Positions 26,263-35,867 of a stretch of 50,104 bases of DNA are shown piece by piece. Position numbers and translations under genes: made by a program. The notes beneath the pieces are model-generated. The model ran no database searches. It saw only the letters and a list, made by a program, of their open reading frames with translations, and was not told where the DNA came from. This DNA is from an uncultured Gemmatimonadota bacterium. GTDB taxonomy: Bacteria > GCA-2686955. Position 1 is the first letter of the stretch; each line of letters opens with the position of its first letter. The stretch lies in assembly GCA_964490075.1 (NCBI GenBank), contig CAZBBK010000002.1, positions 1-50,104 on the forward strand. The letters are read 5' to 3'.

Positions 26263-26994
26263 GTGAAGCGCATGCTGCCCCATCTCGCGCCGGCCACAAT
26301 CGCCGCGCTCCTGCTCTGCACCGCGAGCACCGCCCAAGAGAGCGCCGCCGGCCCACTCGGAACCGCCACGCTGACCGGATCGGTGAAGCTGACCGCCGCC
26401 AAGCCGGCCATGGCTGCGATCTCGATGGCCGCCGACCCGGTGTGCGCGGGATCGCACACCAGCCCGGTGCACGAAGAGACCGTGGTGGTGGGTGACGAGG
26501 GCGCACTCAAATGGGTCTTCGTCTACGTCAAGGAGGGGCTCAGCGGCAGCTACGCGCCCCCCAAAGAGGCGGTGGTGCTCGACCAGATCGGCTGCACCTA
26601 CCAGCCCCACGTGTTCGGGGTCCAGGCCAACCAGAAGATCGAGATCCGCAACAGCGACAACACCCTGCACAACGTTCACGCGCTGCCCAAGAACAGCCGC
26701 GAGTTCAACCTCGGCATGCCGATGCAGGGCATGAAGCTGAAGAAGAAGTTCAAGAAGCCCGAGGTGATGGTGAAGATCAAGTGCGACGTGCACAGCTGGA
26801 TGGGCTGCTATGTCGGGGTGCTCGATCACCCCTTCTACGCGGTCTCCGGCGAAGAGGGCGCCTTCGCCATCGGCGACCTGCCGGCCGGCACCTACACGAT
26901 CGAGGCCTGGCACGAGAAGTACGGCACCCTGACTCAGTCGGTGACCATCGGCGACGGTGAATCGAAGGCGATCGACTTCGCGTTCAGCGGCTGA
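26263..26994 (+). CDS. Secreted cupredoxin-like / carboxypeptidase-regulatory-like domain protein
   Basis: GTG after AAGGAG; signal peptide; LDQ.GC.Y.PHV, NSD.TLHNVH, KCDVHSWM and AWHE motifs. Confidence 0.8.
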   Translation: MKRMLPHLAPATIAALLLCTASTAQESAAGPLGTATLTGSVKLTAAKPAMAAISMAADPVCAGSHTSPVHEETVVVGDEGALKWVFVYVKEGLSGSYAPPKEAVVLDQIGCTYQPHVFGVQANQKIEIRNSDNTLHNVHALPKNSREFNLGMPMQGMKLKKKFKKPEVMVKIKCDVHSWMGCYVGVLDHPFYAVSGEEGAFAIGDLPAGTYTIEAWHEKYGTLTQSVTIGDGESKAIDFAFSG

Positions 26995-28261
26995 TATCGC
27001 CCAGCAGAGGCTCGCCAGGAGGCCCGTCGGACCGGGCCTGATGCTGGCCGCCACCTCGATCGGTGGCAGCCATCTTCTCCTCGCTCCCGAGTTGGGGGCG
27101 CGATTCGGCCTCGCTCTGCTCTGGGTCGTGGTGCTGGCCCATCTCCTCAAGTACCCGGCCTTCGAAGCCGGTCCACGCTACACGGCGGCGACGGGCGAGT
27201 CGCTCTTGCAAGCCTACCTGCGGGTGCCGGGTCCGCGCGGCTGGCCGCTCTGGTTGGGGCTGGCCGACATGGTGGTCGAAAGCGTCGGCGTGCTCGCCGC
27301 GGTGATCGGCCTGACCGCCTCTTTTCTGCGCGGCGCCTTCGCGTTCGGTGCCCTGCCGGCCTGGGGCGCCGCGGTCGCCTGCGCGGCGATCGCGCTGGTC
27401 TGGAGCGGCGGCTACCGGCGTCTGGCCACCATCAACCTGGCGGTGATGGCCACGCTGGTGATCGGCACCCTGCTGGCCTTCGCATGCGCCCTTCCGGAGC
27501 CTGCCGCCGCGGCGCGCGGCCTGGTGCCGGGGGCTCTGCCCCTCGGAGCGACCGTGCTGGTCGCCTCGGTGCTGGGCTGGATGCCGACCGGGGTCGGGGT
27601 CTCGATCTGGCATTCTCTGTGGATGCAGCGCACCCTGGAGGATCGGCGCATGCTGGGGGAGGAGGGCGTGCTGCGCTGGGCCCGCTTCGACACCATGCGC
27701 GGCTACGCCCTCTCGCTGCTCCTGGCGCTGGTCTTCGTCTGCCTGGGGGCGGTGGTGCTGCGCCCGGCGGGTGTGGTGCTCGGCGCCCAGGTCGACGTGG
27801 CCCTGGCACTGGCCACGCTCTACGAGCAGGCGCGGCCCTGGATGGGACCGGTCTTTCTGCTGGTCGCCTTTCTGGCCATGTTCAGCACCTGCTACGCGGC
27901 CATGGACGGCTTTCCCCGCACTCTGGTCGCCACGGTCGATCTGCTGCGCGGCGCGCCGCGCTGCAGGCGGCCCGAGACCCGCCGCATCTACCGGCTCTAC
28001 CTGGTGATCGCCACCGCCGCCGGCATGGGCTTGCTGGCAGCGGTCCCCGATCCGCTGCGTCTGGTCCAGGTACTGGGCGCGCTGACCCTCTTTCTGACCC
28101 CGATCTACGCTGCCCTGAACCACTACTGCGTGGTGCACCTCCTGGAAGATCGAGACGCGCGTCCCGGCTCCGCCTGGCGGATGCTCTCGATCGCCGGTGT
28201 CGTGTTCTTGGTGCTCGCGGCGCTCCTCTTGGCCAGGGTCGTGTTGATGCCGGGGGCCTGA
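26957..28261 (+). CDS. NRAMP-related (APC superfamily) transporter
   Basis: GPGLMLAATSIGGSH, KYPAFE..RY.AATGESL, LGWMPT and AMFST..DGFPR motifs; about 11 TM helices; start uncertain. Confidence 0.8.
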   Translation: MNRRRSTSRSAADIAQQRLARRPVGPGLMLAATSIGGSHLLLAPELGARFGLALLWVVVLAHLLKYPAFEAGPRYTAATGESLLQAYLRVPGPRGWPLWLGLADMVVESVGVLAAVIGLTASFLRGAFAFGALPAWGAAVACAAIALVWSGGYRRLATINLAVMATLVIGTLLAFACALPEPAAAARGLVPGALPLGATVLVASVLGWMPTGVGVSIWHSLWMQRTLEDRRMLGEEGVLRWARFDTMRGYALSLLLALVFVCLGAVVLRPAGVVLGAQVDVALALATLYEQARPWMGPVFLLVAFLAMFSTCYAAMDGFPRTLVATVDLLRGAPRCRRPETRRIYRLYLVIATAAGMGLLAAVPDPLRLVQVLGALTLFLTPIYAALNHYCVVHLLEDRDARPGSAWRMLSIAGVVFLVLAALLLARVVLMPGA

Positions 28262-28393
28262 TCGATCGTCGCCCCCGCGGAGACTCCGTGATAGCCTCGG
28301 CGGGTTCCGCGTTCGCTCATCACGCGGTCTATTTCCTCCAGCGCGGGTCAGGCGCCGCACACCGGGAAAGGGCCGCCACGAGAGGATCTTCGA

Positions 28394-28882
28394 GTGAACT
28401 GGAGGTACCTCGGCGCGGCCCTGTGGCTGTGCGTCGCGGCTCCCGCGTGCCGATACCGGGTCGGCGGCTTCCTGCCCGATCATATTCGCAGCGTTTCGAT
28501 CCCCAGCGTCACGCTCGAGGAGCTCGAGGTTCCGGCCTCGCTGGATCTCGAGACCGCGCTCACCGATGCGATCCGCGACCGCTTCGTCCGAGACAACTCT
28601 CTGACCGTCCTGCCGGGGCGTAGCGGCGACAGCCTCCTCGACATCTCGGTGCTCCGCTTTGGAATCGTCGAATCGGCGCAGGAGCTCGAGATGAGGCTGG
28701 GACTGAGCTTCGAGTTCCGCGACATGCTGCGCGACGTCGAGCTGGCGTCGTCGAGCGACCTGGAGCAGGGCGTGGTGTTGCCGGAGGGCGAGGACGACGA
28801 GGCAGCCCTCGAGGCGGCGCTGGCCACGTGCGCGGACGAGATCGCCGGCGAGATCGTGGCCTTGACCCTGCGCGGCTGGTGA
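28394..28882 (+). CDS. lptE: LptE-like LPS assembly lipoprotein
   Basis: Lipoprotein-type signal ending in Cys followed by Y..G.LPDHIRSVSIP; LETALTDAIRDRF; terminal GW. Confidence 0.65.
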   Translation: MNWRYLGAALWLCVAAPACRYRVGGFLPDHIRSVSIPSVTLEELEVPASLDLETALTDAIRDRFVRDNSLTVLPGRSGDSLLDISVLRFGIVESAQELEMRLGLSFEFRDMLRDVELASSSDLEQGVVLPEGEDDEAALEAALATCADEIAGEIVALTLRGW

Positions 28883-28929
28883 GGGAGTGCGGGACGACGT
28901 GTTGGCTCCCGGCCGCCCGCTTCCTGCGT

Positions 28930-28946
28930 CGGCACTATTCTTGCAT
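28930..28946 (+). promoter_or_regulatory. Candidate sigma54 (-24/-12) promoter
   Basis: CGGCACTATTCTTGCAT has exact GG-N10-GC spacing and is close to the TGGCAC-N5-TTGCW consensus; lies in an AT-richer intergenic region. Confidence 0.55.
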
Positions 28947-29000
28947 GCCTGATCCGCGAAATCACGTACGGCAGGCATAAAGGTGGCAAGAAGTCCGTAA

Positions 29001-30437
29001 ATGGGGTCATTGTTCCAATATAATGGGCAAAACGCCCTGGCCCGCCGCGCACCGCTCCCGAGCGGCTGGTGCTGGGGGCATGAGGAACCGAAGCGCGTGC
29101 CCGAGAACCGAGGAAGAGCAACCAGGCGGCCGATCGGCCGGCGGGAGCGTGGGATCCCCCCCCGCACGCCGCGGCCGCTCGATGTTCTGGTTCTGGTCGC
29201 CGCTCCCAAAGGGGGGCCGGCTCCCGCGCCACCTGCCGCCCGCGAAGGTCTCTTCGCCCAGCTGCGCTTCTGCCACGACGCGGCGGCATTCCGCGACCAG
29301 CTGGTGGCTGCCGATCAATCCGCCGACGCGATTCTGCTGTGGTTTCCGGACGCCCTCTGGCCGCCCGAAGAGGTGCGCAGGCTGCTTGCCGGCCTGCTCC
29401 CGCCCGCCTTCCTCGCCCTGCCGCGACGGCCCGCGGCGCCCGGCTGGAGCGGTGAGGCCAGCCTCCTGATCCACGACGGCACCTTGGACGATGCTTGCGA
29501 TCAGCTGCTCAGCGCCCTCGGCCGCTCGCCACAGCCCCCCCCGGCGGGGGAGCAGCCGCGGCCGAGCAGCCCCCCGGTGTCGGTGATGCGCGTCGGCGTC
29601 GCCCCTGACCTCTCCCCCGCGCGGGCCGAGGAGACCGACGACGCGGAACGCGCGGCGCGGCTCTTGGCGGCGAAGTTCGCGGCTCTGCAGGAGTCGGCGG
29701 CGGGTCTGGCGCACGAAATGAACAACCTGGTGGCGCCGATCGCCGGCTATGCGCAGCTGCTCCGGACCTATGCCTCCGACGAGCGGGTGGGTCAGAGACT
29801 CGACATCATCGAGAACAGCGCCTTCCGCGCCAGCGAGCTGATCGGCGATCTGCTCGCCTTCACCCGGGCACCGGCGCTGGAACGTGAGCCGGTGCGGCCC
29901 GCCGAGTGGCTGGCGGAGCTGGTGACCGACCTGACGCCGAAGGTAGAGGAGTGCGGTGTTCACCTGCTCTCGCACGCCCCTCTCGATCTGCCGGCCGTCG
30001 AGATGGACCCGGTGCAGATGCGCAAAGCGCTCGAGCACATCGTGTGGAACGGCGTCTACGCCATGGAGGAGGAGGGCACGGTGGGGACCATCCATCTCGA
30101 AGCCCGCTGCGAGCGGCTGAGCGAGGCCGACCATCGACGTTTCGGCTTCGCGGCCCTGGGCGCCCTCGATCCCTCGACCGAGGTGATGGAGGCGGGGGAT
30201 CGCGTGCTGCGCCTCGAGATCCGCGACGAAGGCCCGGGCATCTCCGACGAGCTCTTGCAGCGTGTGTTTTTCCCCTTCGTGACCACACGCAGTCCGGATC
30301 GGGGTCGCGGTCTCGGGCTGGCGATCACCTACGGCATCGTGCGCTCGCACGGCGGAGCGATCGGCATCAGCTCGCCGCCGGCCGGGGGCGCATTGGTCTC
30401 GCTGGTGCTGCCGGCCGAGCCGCGCGACGTCGCCTGA
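29001..30437 (+). CDS. Cytoplasmic sensor histidine kinase (HisKA + HATPase)
   Basis: GLAHEMNN H-box, IVWNG N-box, DEGPGI, FFPFVTT and GRGLGL; no TM helix; start uncertain. Confidence 0.88.
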   Translation: MGSLFQYNGQNALARRAPLPSGWCWGHEEPKRVPENRGRATRRPIGRRERGIPPRTPRPLDVLVLVAAPKGGPAPAPPAAREGLFAQLRFCHDAAAFRDQLVAADQSADAILLWFPDALWPPEEVRRLLAGLLPPAFLALPRRPAAPGWSGEASLLIHDGTLDDACDQLLSALGRSPQPPPAGEQPRPSSPPVSVMRVGVAPDLSPARAEETDDAERAARLLAAKFAALQESAAGLAHEMNNLVAPIAGYAQLLRTYASDERVGQRLDIIENSAFRASELIGDLLAFTRAPALEREPVRPAEWLAELVTDLTPKVEECGVHLLSHAPLDLPAVEMDPVQMRKALEHIVWNGVYAMEEEGTVGTIHLEARCERLSEADHRRFGFAALGALDPSTEVMEAGDRVLRLEIRDEGPGISDELLQRVFFPFVTTRSPDRGRGLGLAITYGIVRSHGGAIGISSPPAGGALVSLVLPAEPRDVA

Positions 30438-30439
30438 GC

Positions 30440-30469
30440 TTGACGGCCCGGCGCCGGCCACCGTACGCT
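30440..30469 (+). promoter_or_regulatory. Candidate sigma70 promoter
   Basis: TTGACG-18 nt-TACGCT upstream of the TPR gene. Confidence 0.35.
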
Positions 30470-30508
30470 ACTTTTTTTCGCCCAGAGCTCCACCCCGGAG
30501 GAAAGCGC

Positions 30509-31387
30509 ATGCTGCGTTTCGGTCTTCTGACACTCACGCTGGCCGTCGCCGCCCTCCCTGCGCTCGCGCAGGAAGCCGACTCGCGCGGGGAGATGACGCT
30601 CAACGAGCGCCAAGTCGTCGATCCCTCGAAGAAGGCCTTCAACGAGGGGAACGCCGCCTTCAAGGCCCGCGACTACGCCGGCGCATTGGACGCCTACCAC
30701 CGGTCGATCGAAGCCAACGACAAGAACGTCAGCGCCTACTTCGGCCTCGGCCTGAGCTACCGCAAACTGCGCAAGCCCAAAGACGCGCTCGCGGCCCTCG
30801 ATCGGGCCCTGGAGCTCAATCCCGGCCACCTGAAGTCGCTGTCGACGCGCGGCAGCGTGAAGATGGAGCTGCGCGACTATGCCGGCGCGGTCGCCGACTA
30901 CCAGGCGGTGACCGAGCTGCGCTCCAGCGACGCCAAGGCCTTCTTCCGGCTGGCCCTGGCCCAGGACAAGAAGGGCGATGCGGCGGCAGCGATCGCGGCC
31001 TACCAGCAGGCGGTGCAGATCAAACCCGGCTACGCCAAGGCGCACAAGAACCTGGGCCTGCTCTTCGAGAAGCAGGGCGATACCGCCGGAGCAGTGAGCG
31101 CTTTTCGCAACGCCTGCGAAAAGAGCCGCAGCGATGCCGCCGCTTGCACCAAATGGGCCGAGAACCTGACCAAGCTGAAGCGCTACAGCGCCGCCGAGAA
31201 GGCGGCAGTGAAAGCGTTGGAGCGCAAGCCGGGCGACGCCTTCGCCCTGGTGACCCTGGGCGAGGCCCTGGAAGGTCAGCGCCTCTACGACGCCGCGCTG
31301 GAGAAGTACGAGCAGGCCAAGGGCGATCCCACCTGGGGGCCGACGGCGGTCTACAAGATCGAGGCTCTCAAGAAGAAGCAGGGCTGA
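30509..31387 (+). CDS. Secreted TPR protein
   Basis: ATG after GGAGG; signal peptide ending ALA-Q; about 7 canonical TPRs. Confidence 0.88.
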   Translation: MLRFGLLTLTLAVAALPALAQEADSRGEMTLNERQVVDPSKKAFNEGNAAFKARDYAGALDAYHRSIEANDKNVSAYFGLGLSYRKLRKPKDALAALDRALELNPGHLKSLSTRGSVKMELRDYAGAVADYQAVTELRSSDAKAFFRLALAQDKKGDAAAAIAAYQQAVQIKPGYAKAHKNLGLLFEKQGDTAGAVSAFRNACEKSRSDAAACTKWAENLTKLKRYSAAEKAAVKALERKPGDAFALVTLGEALEGQRLYDAALEKYEQAKGDPTWGPTAVYKIEALKKKQG

Positions 31388-31459
31388 CGCGACGAGACCT
31401 CGCCTTCGCCCCAAACCCCGTGCTCGACCGTCGCTGACTTTCGTCTCTGGGCATCAGAT

Positions 31460-32572
31460 ATGCCACCCATCGCAGGACCTTCTCCCCGCAGCGTGATCGC
31501 GCAGCTGCCGATCTACGAGCCGGGTCGCGACCTGGCGACGGTGGCCCGCCGCACCGGGCGGACCGACATCGTCAAGCTGGCCTCGAACGAGAGCCCCTAC
31601 GGCGCCTCGCCCCAGGTCCACGAGGCGCTGGCCGCCGCCCTCGACGAGATCCACCGCTATCCCGATCCGAGCGGAACGCGGCTGCGCGAGGCGTTGGCCG
31701 AGCGCCACGGAGTCGATTCCGACTGGATCGTGCTGGGCAACGGCTCGGTCGAGCTGATCGAGAACTGCGCCAAGACCTTTCTCGACCCGGGCGACGAAGC
31801 GGTGCTGGCGAAGCCCTCGTTTCTGAAGTTCGGCATCGCCACCCGGCTGATGGACGCGGTCCCGGTCGAGATCCCGACCGTCCAGGACCAGGCCGACCTG
31901 CCGGCGATGGCCGCCGCGGTGGGCCGGCGCACCAAGATCGTCTACGTCGCCAACCCGGACAATCCCACCGGGCGAATGGTCTCCTCCGAGACGCTGCTGG
32001 AGCTGCTCGACGCCCTGCCCGAATCGGTCGTCGTGTTCCTCGACCAGGCCTACTACGAGTACGTCGCCGCCGACTCGCCCTCGCTCAGAACCAGGATCGA
32101 GCGGGGAAATCTGCTGGTGTCGAGGACCTTTTCGAAGGCCTATGGACTGGCCGGAATGCGGATCGGCTACGGGATCGCCAGCCCGACGCTGATCGCCCGA
32201 ATCAGCCGGGTGCGCGAGCACTTCAACACCTCGAGCCTGGCGCAGGTCGCCGCCTTGGCGGCGCTGCGCGACCCCGATCACGTCGCGCTGGCCGTGCGTC
32301 GCAACGCCGAAGAGCGCGAGCTCATGGCGAGCGGACTGCAAGTCCGCGGCTTCCGAGTCACCCCTTCGCACACCAACTTCCTGCTGGTCAGGCCGCCGCT
32401 CGAGGGCCCGCTGGCGGGCAAGAGCCTCACCGCGACCTTGCTGAACGAAGGCGTCATCGTGCGCCCGCTCGGTTTTTACGATCTGCCGGAGGCGGTGCGG
32501 ATCTCGGTCGGAACCGCCGGCGAGAACCGCCGCCTCTTCGAAGCGCTGGACCGGATTGCCGGCGCTGCGTGA
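31460..32572 (+). CDS. hisC: Histidinol-phosphate aminotransferase
   Basis: KLASNESP, RYPD, GNGSVELI, NPDNPTG, DQAY and RTFSKAYGLAGMRIGY motifs. Confidence 0.92.
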   Translation: MPPIAGPSPRSVIAQLPIYEPGRDLATVARRTGRTDIVKLASNESPYGASPQVHEALAAALDEIHRYPDPSGTRLREALAERHGVDSDWIVLGNGSVELIENCAKTFLDPGDEAVLAKPSFLKFGIATRLMDAVPVEIPTVQDQADLPAMAAAVGRRTKIVYVANPDNPTGRMVSSETLLELLDALPESVVVFLDQAYYEYVAADSPSLRTRIERGNLLVSRTFSKAYGLAGMRIGYGIASPTLIARISRVREHFNTSSLAQVAALAALRDPDHVALAVRRNAEERELMASGLQVRGFRVTPSHTNFLLVRPPLEGPLAGKSLTATLLNEGVIVRPLGFYDLPEAVRISVGTAGENRRLFEALDRIAGAA

Positions 32573-32659
32573 AAAGCCCTGGCGGACCCCGCGCGTGGGC
32601 GTCAGACTCCCACCTTCCCCGAGGCGGTCCGCAGCATCGAAATCCCCAAGGAGTCAACC

Positions 32660-33439
32660 GTGCCGTACGAGAACATCGTGTTGGAGAAGCGCGAAGGGAT
32701 CGCCTTTCTCCGTGTCGACCGGCCGAACGCCCTCAACGCCCTCAACGCCGCCACGATCGATGAGATCGATTCCGCCATCGAAGATGTCGCCACGGACGAC
32801 GAGATCAGCGCCCTGGTCTGGCATGCAAAAGGCAAGGCCTTCATCGCCGGAGCCGACATCAAGGAGCTGGCGACCTTGAGTCCCATCGCCGCGAAGCGCC
32901 TGTCCCGCCGTGGTCAATCGATCCTGAATCGGCTCGAGGGGATGGGCAAGCCCTCGGTGGCCGCGATCAACGGATTCGCCCTGGGCGGTGGCTGCGAGGT
33001 GGCGCTGGCCTGCACCCTGCGGGTGGCGGGCCGCCGCGCCCGTCTCGGCCTGCCCGAGGTGGGGCTCGGTCTGATTCCGGGCTACGGCGGCACCCAGCGC
33101 CTGCCCCGCATCGTCGGCAAGGGGAGGGCGCTGGAGCTGATCCTCACCGGCGACATGGTCGACGCCGAGGAGGCGCATCGAATCGGCCTGGTGAACCGGA
33201 TCGTCGACGACTCCGAGCTGCTCGATGCCGCATGCGCGCTGGCGACCCGTATGATGAGCAACGCGCCGCTGGCGCTCGAAGCGGCGCTGGAGGCGGTGCA
33301 CCGGGGACTCGATCTCGCACTCGACGATGGAGCGCTGCTCGAGACCGCCCAGTTCGGGGTCCTGGCGGGCACCGAGGACATGCGCGAGGGCACCGCGGCC
33401 TTCATCGAAAAGAGGAAGTCCCAGTTCAAGGGGCGTTGA
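32660..33439 (+). CDS. Enoyl-CoA hydratase (crotonase family)
   Basis: AFIAGADI, GFALGGGCE, LPE..LG.IPG.GGTQRL and EG..AF.EKR motifs; GTG after AAGGAG. Confidence 0.93.
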   Translation: MPYENIVLEKREGIAFLRVDRPNALNALNAATIDEIDSAIEDVATDDEISALVWHAKGKAFIAGADIKELATLSPIAAKRLSRRGQSILNRLEGMGKPSVAAINGFALGGGCEVALACTLRVAGRRARLGLPEVGLGLIPGYGGTQRLPRIVGKGRALELILTGDMVDAEEAHRIGLVNRIVDDSELLDAACALATRMMSNAPLALEAALEAVHRGLDLALDDGALLETAQFGVLAGTEDMREGTAAFIEKRKSQFKGR

Positions 33440-33501
33440 CGGGCCGTGAAGCGACCGGCTCGTTCCGGACCCGGGTGCCGGAGACCCTGAAAGGAAAGAT
33501 C

Positions 33502-34737
33502 ATGGAAAGCCTGGTCCCTGAGCTGATCTACGACTGGAACGTGGCACCGGGGCCACCCCCGCGCGTGCCGGTGGCGCTCGACGACGAGACCTTCCGCGAC
33601 GGCCAGCAATCCCCTTCCTGCAAGACCTTCTCGATCGACACCAAGCTGCGCCTGCTGCACCTGATGGACGAGCTGCGCATCGATATCGCCGATCTGGGCC
33701 TGCCCGGAGCCGGGCAGAGCGTGCAAGACGACGTTCTCGTGCTGGCCAAGGAGATCGCGTCCGCCAAGCTCTCGATCGCGGCCGACTGCGCGGCCCGAAC
33801 GGTGATCGCCGACATCGAGCCGGTGGCCCGCATCAGCCAGGCGGCGGGCATCCCGATCGAGGTCTCCACCTTCATCGGCTCAAGTCCGATCCGCATGTTC
33901 GCCGAAGGATGGAATCTCGACTTCCTGCTGCGGCGCACCGAGGAAGCGGTCTCGTTCGCGGTGAAAGAGGGCCTCTCGGTGATGTACGTCACCGAGGACA
34001 CCACCCGGGCCGCGCCGGGCGACGTCGAGGCGCTCTACCGAAGCGCGATCCGCTGCGGCGCCCGCAGGATCTGTGTCTGCGACACCGTGGGACACGCCAC
34101 GCCGGCCGGCGTTCGGGCGCTGATCGGGCACGTCAAGAAGGTCGTCGCCGATTCGGGCGAGGAGGTGGCGATCGACTGGCACGGCCACCGGGATCGCGGG
34201 CTGGCGCTGCCGAACTCCCTGGCCGCGCTCGAGGCCGGCGCCGATCGCCTGCACGGCACCGCCCTGGGGATCGGCGAGCGGGCTGGCAACACCGAGATGG
34301 ATCTCTTGCTGGTCAACCTGCGCCTGCTCGGCTACATCGATCGAGACCTGAGGGCGCTCGCGGAGTACTGCGAGCTGGTCGCCGAGGCCTCCGGGATGCC
34401 GCTGCCGAGCAACTACCCGGTGGCCGGGGAGGACTCGTTCCGCACCGGCACCGGGGTACATGCCGCGGCGATCATCAAGGCGCAGAACAAGGGTGATGTC
34501 GACCTGGCCGACCGGGTCTACAGCGGGGTTCCGGCACACTGGTTCGGCCGCAGCCAGGTGATCGAAGTGGGGCCGATGAGCGGCGAATCGAACGTAGCCT
34601 ACTGGTTGAAGAAACGCGGCTACGAGGTGACTCCGGAGCGGGTTGCGCGGGTCTTCGAGGCCGCCAAGCGCTCCAGCGCCAACCTCAACGACGAAGAGAT
34701 CCGCGCCATGGTGGAAGACACCCTGGCGGAAAGCTGA
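33502..34737 (+). CDS. 2-isopropylmalate synthase-like (LeuA/DRE-TIM family), no C-terminal regulatory domain
   Basis: DETFRDGQQS, CDTVGHATP, HGHRDRGL and GIGERAGN motifs; 411 aa. Confidence 0.82.
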   Translation: MESLVPELIYDWNVAPGPPPRVPVALDDETFRDGQQSPSCKTFSIDTKLRLLHLMDELRIDIADLGLPGAGQSVQDDVLVLAKEIASAKLSIAADCAARTVIADIEPVARISQAAGIPIEVSTFIGSSPIRMFAEGWNLDFLLRRTEEAVSFAVKEGLSVMYVTEDTTRAAPGDVEALYRSAIRCGARRICVCDTVGHATPAGVRALIGHVKKVVADSGEEVAIDWHGHRDRGLALPNSLAALEAGADRLHGTALGIGERAGNTEMDLLLVNLRLLGYIDRDLRALAEYCELVAEASGMPLPSNYPVAGEDSFRTGTGVHAAAIIKAQNKGDVDLADRVYSGVPAHWFGRSQVIEVGPMSGESNVAYWLKKRGYEVTPERVARVFEAAKRSSANLNDEEIRAMVEDTLAES

Positions 34738-34796
34738 AGTTTCGCGCCGGCGGTGGCGGCCGGCGTCCCAAGGCAACTTGCGCAAGGAGAGTAGAC

Positions 34797-35867
34797 GTGG
34801 CGGAGTACCGAATCGCGGTGCTGGGCGGTGACGGCATCGGCCCGGAGGTCACCCGAGAAGGCTTGCGGTGTCTGAAATTGCTGGCGGAGATCGGCGGTTT
34901 CGCGCTGCGCGCCGAGGAGATGCCCTACGGCTCGGAGCACTACCTGGCGACCGGTGAGTTCCTGCCGGACCCGGTGTTCGAGTCGTTCAAGACCGATTTC
35001 GACGCCATCTACCTCGGCGCCATCGGCGACCCGCGGGTGGAAGCGGGGCTGGTGGAGCGACAGATCATCGCCCGCATCCGCTTCGACCTGGATCTCTTCG
35101 TCAACTACCGGCCGGTCACGCTCTATGCCGAGCATCTCTGCCCCCTCAAGGACCGCGGTCCCGAAGACATCGACATGGTGGTGATCCGGGAGAACACCGA
35201 GGACGCCTACACCGGGCTCGGGGGGATCTTCAAGAAGGGCACGCCCGACGAGGTCGCCATCGCCGAGATGATCTACACCCGCAAGGGGGTGGAACGGGTG
35301 GTTCGCTACGCCTTCGAGATCGCGCGCAAGACTCCGCGCTTCAAACGCCTCACCCTGGTCGACAAGGCCAACGCGATCCGTGCCCAGGATATCTGGACCC
35401 GGACTTTCGCCGAGGTGGCCGAGGAGTTTCCCGAGATCGAGACCGACCACGCCTACGTCGATGCGGCCTGCATGTGGATGCTCAAGAACCCCGACGCCTT
35501 CGACGTGATGGTGGTGCCCAACCTCTTCGGCGACATCGTCACCGACCTCGGCGCCATGATCCAGGGCGGCATGGGAATCGCCGCATCGGGCAATCTCCAT
35601 CCGGGACGGGTGTCGATGTTCGAGCCGATTCACGGCTCGGCACCGAAGTACAAGGACCAGAACCGCGCCAATCCGCTGGCGGCGATCGCGGCGGGCACTC
35701 TGCTCTTGGAGCATCTCGGGGAGACCGACGCGGCGCAGCGCTGCGAGCGAGCGATCCGTCGCGTGCTCGCCGAGCGCCGGCTGCCCTCGCTGGACGCCCG
35801 CAGCGGCTTCGGCACCGACCGCATCGGGGAATTGGTGCTAGACGCGATCCGTGAGGATGCGTCGTGA
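34797..35867 (+). CDS. leuB: 3-isopropylmalate dehydrogenase (isocitrate/isopropylmalate dehydrogenase family)
   Basis: GDGIGPEV, RENTED, DKAN, NLFGDI.TD and EPIHGSAP motifs; GTG after AAGGAG. Confidence 0.85.
   Translation: MAEYRIAVLGGDGIGPEVTREGLRCLKLLAEIGGFALRAEEMPYGSEHYLATGEFLPDPVFESFKTDFDAIYLGAIGDPRVEAGLVERQIIARIRFDLDLFVNYRPVTLYAEHLCPLKDRGPEDIDMVVIRENTEDAYTGLGGIFKKGTPDEVAIAEMIYTRKGVERVVRYAFEIARKTPRFKRLTLVDKANAIRAQDIWTRTFAEVAEEFPEIETDHAYVDAACMWMLKNPDAFDVMVVPNLFGDIVTDLGAMIQGGMGIAASGNLHPGRVSMFEPIHGSAPKYKDQNRANPLAAIAAGTLLLEHLGETDAAQRCERAIRRVLAERRLPSLDARSGFGTDRIGELVLDAIREDAS

Noticed and set aside
30509-31387. Displaced gltE
   Set aside because: Generic TPR protein with a signal peptidase I-type signal and no lipobox, about 12 kb from the cluster; nothing specific links it
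32726-32749. AACGCCCTC tandem repeat
   Set aside because: Encodes NALNALNA, the normal crotonase xNAL motif region
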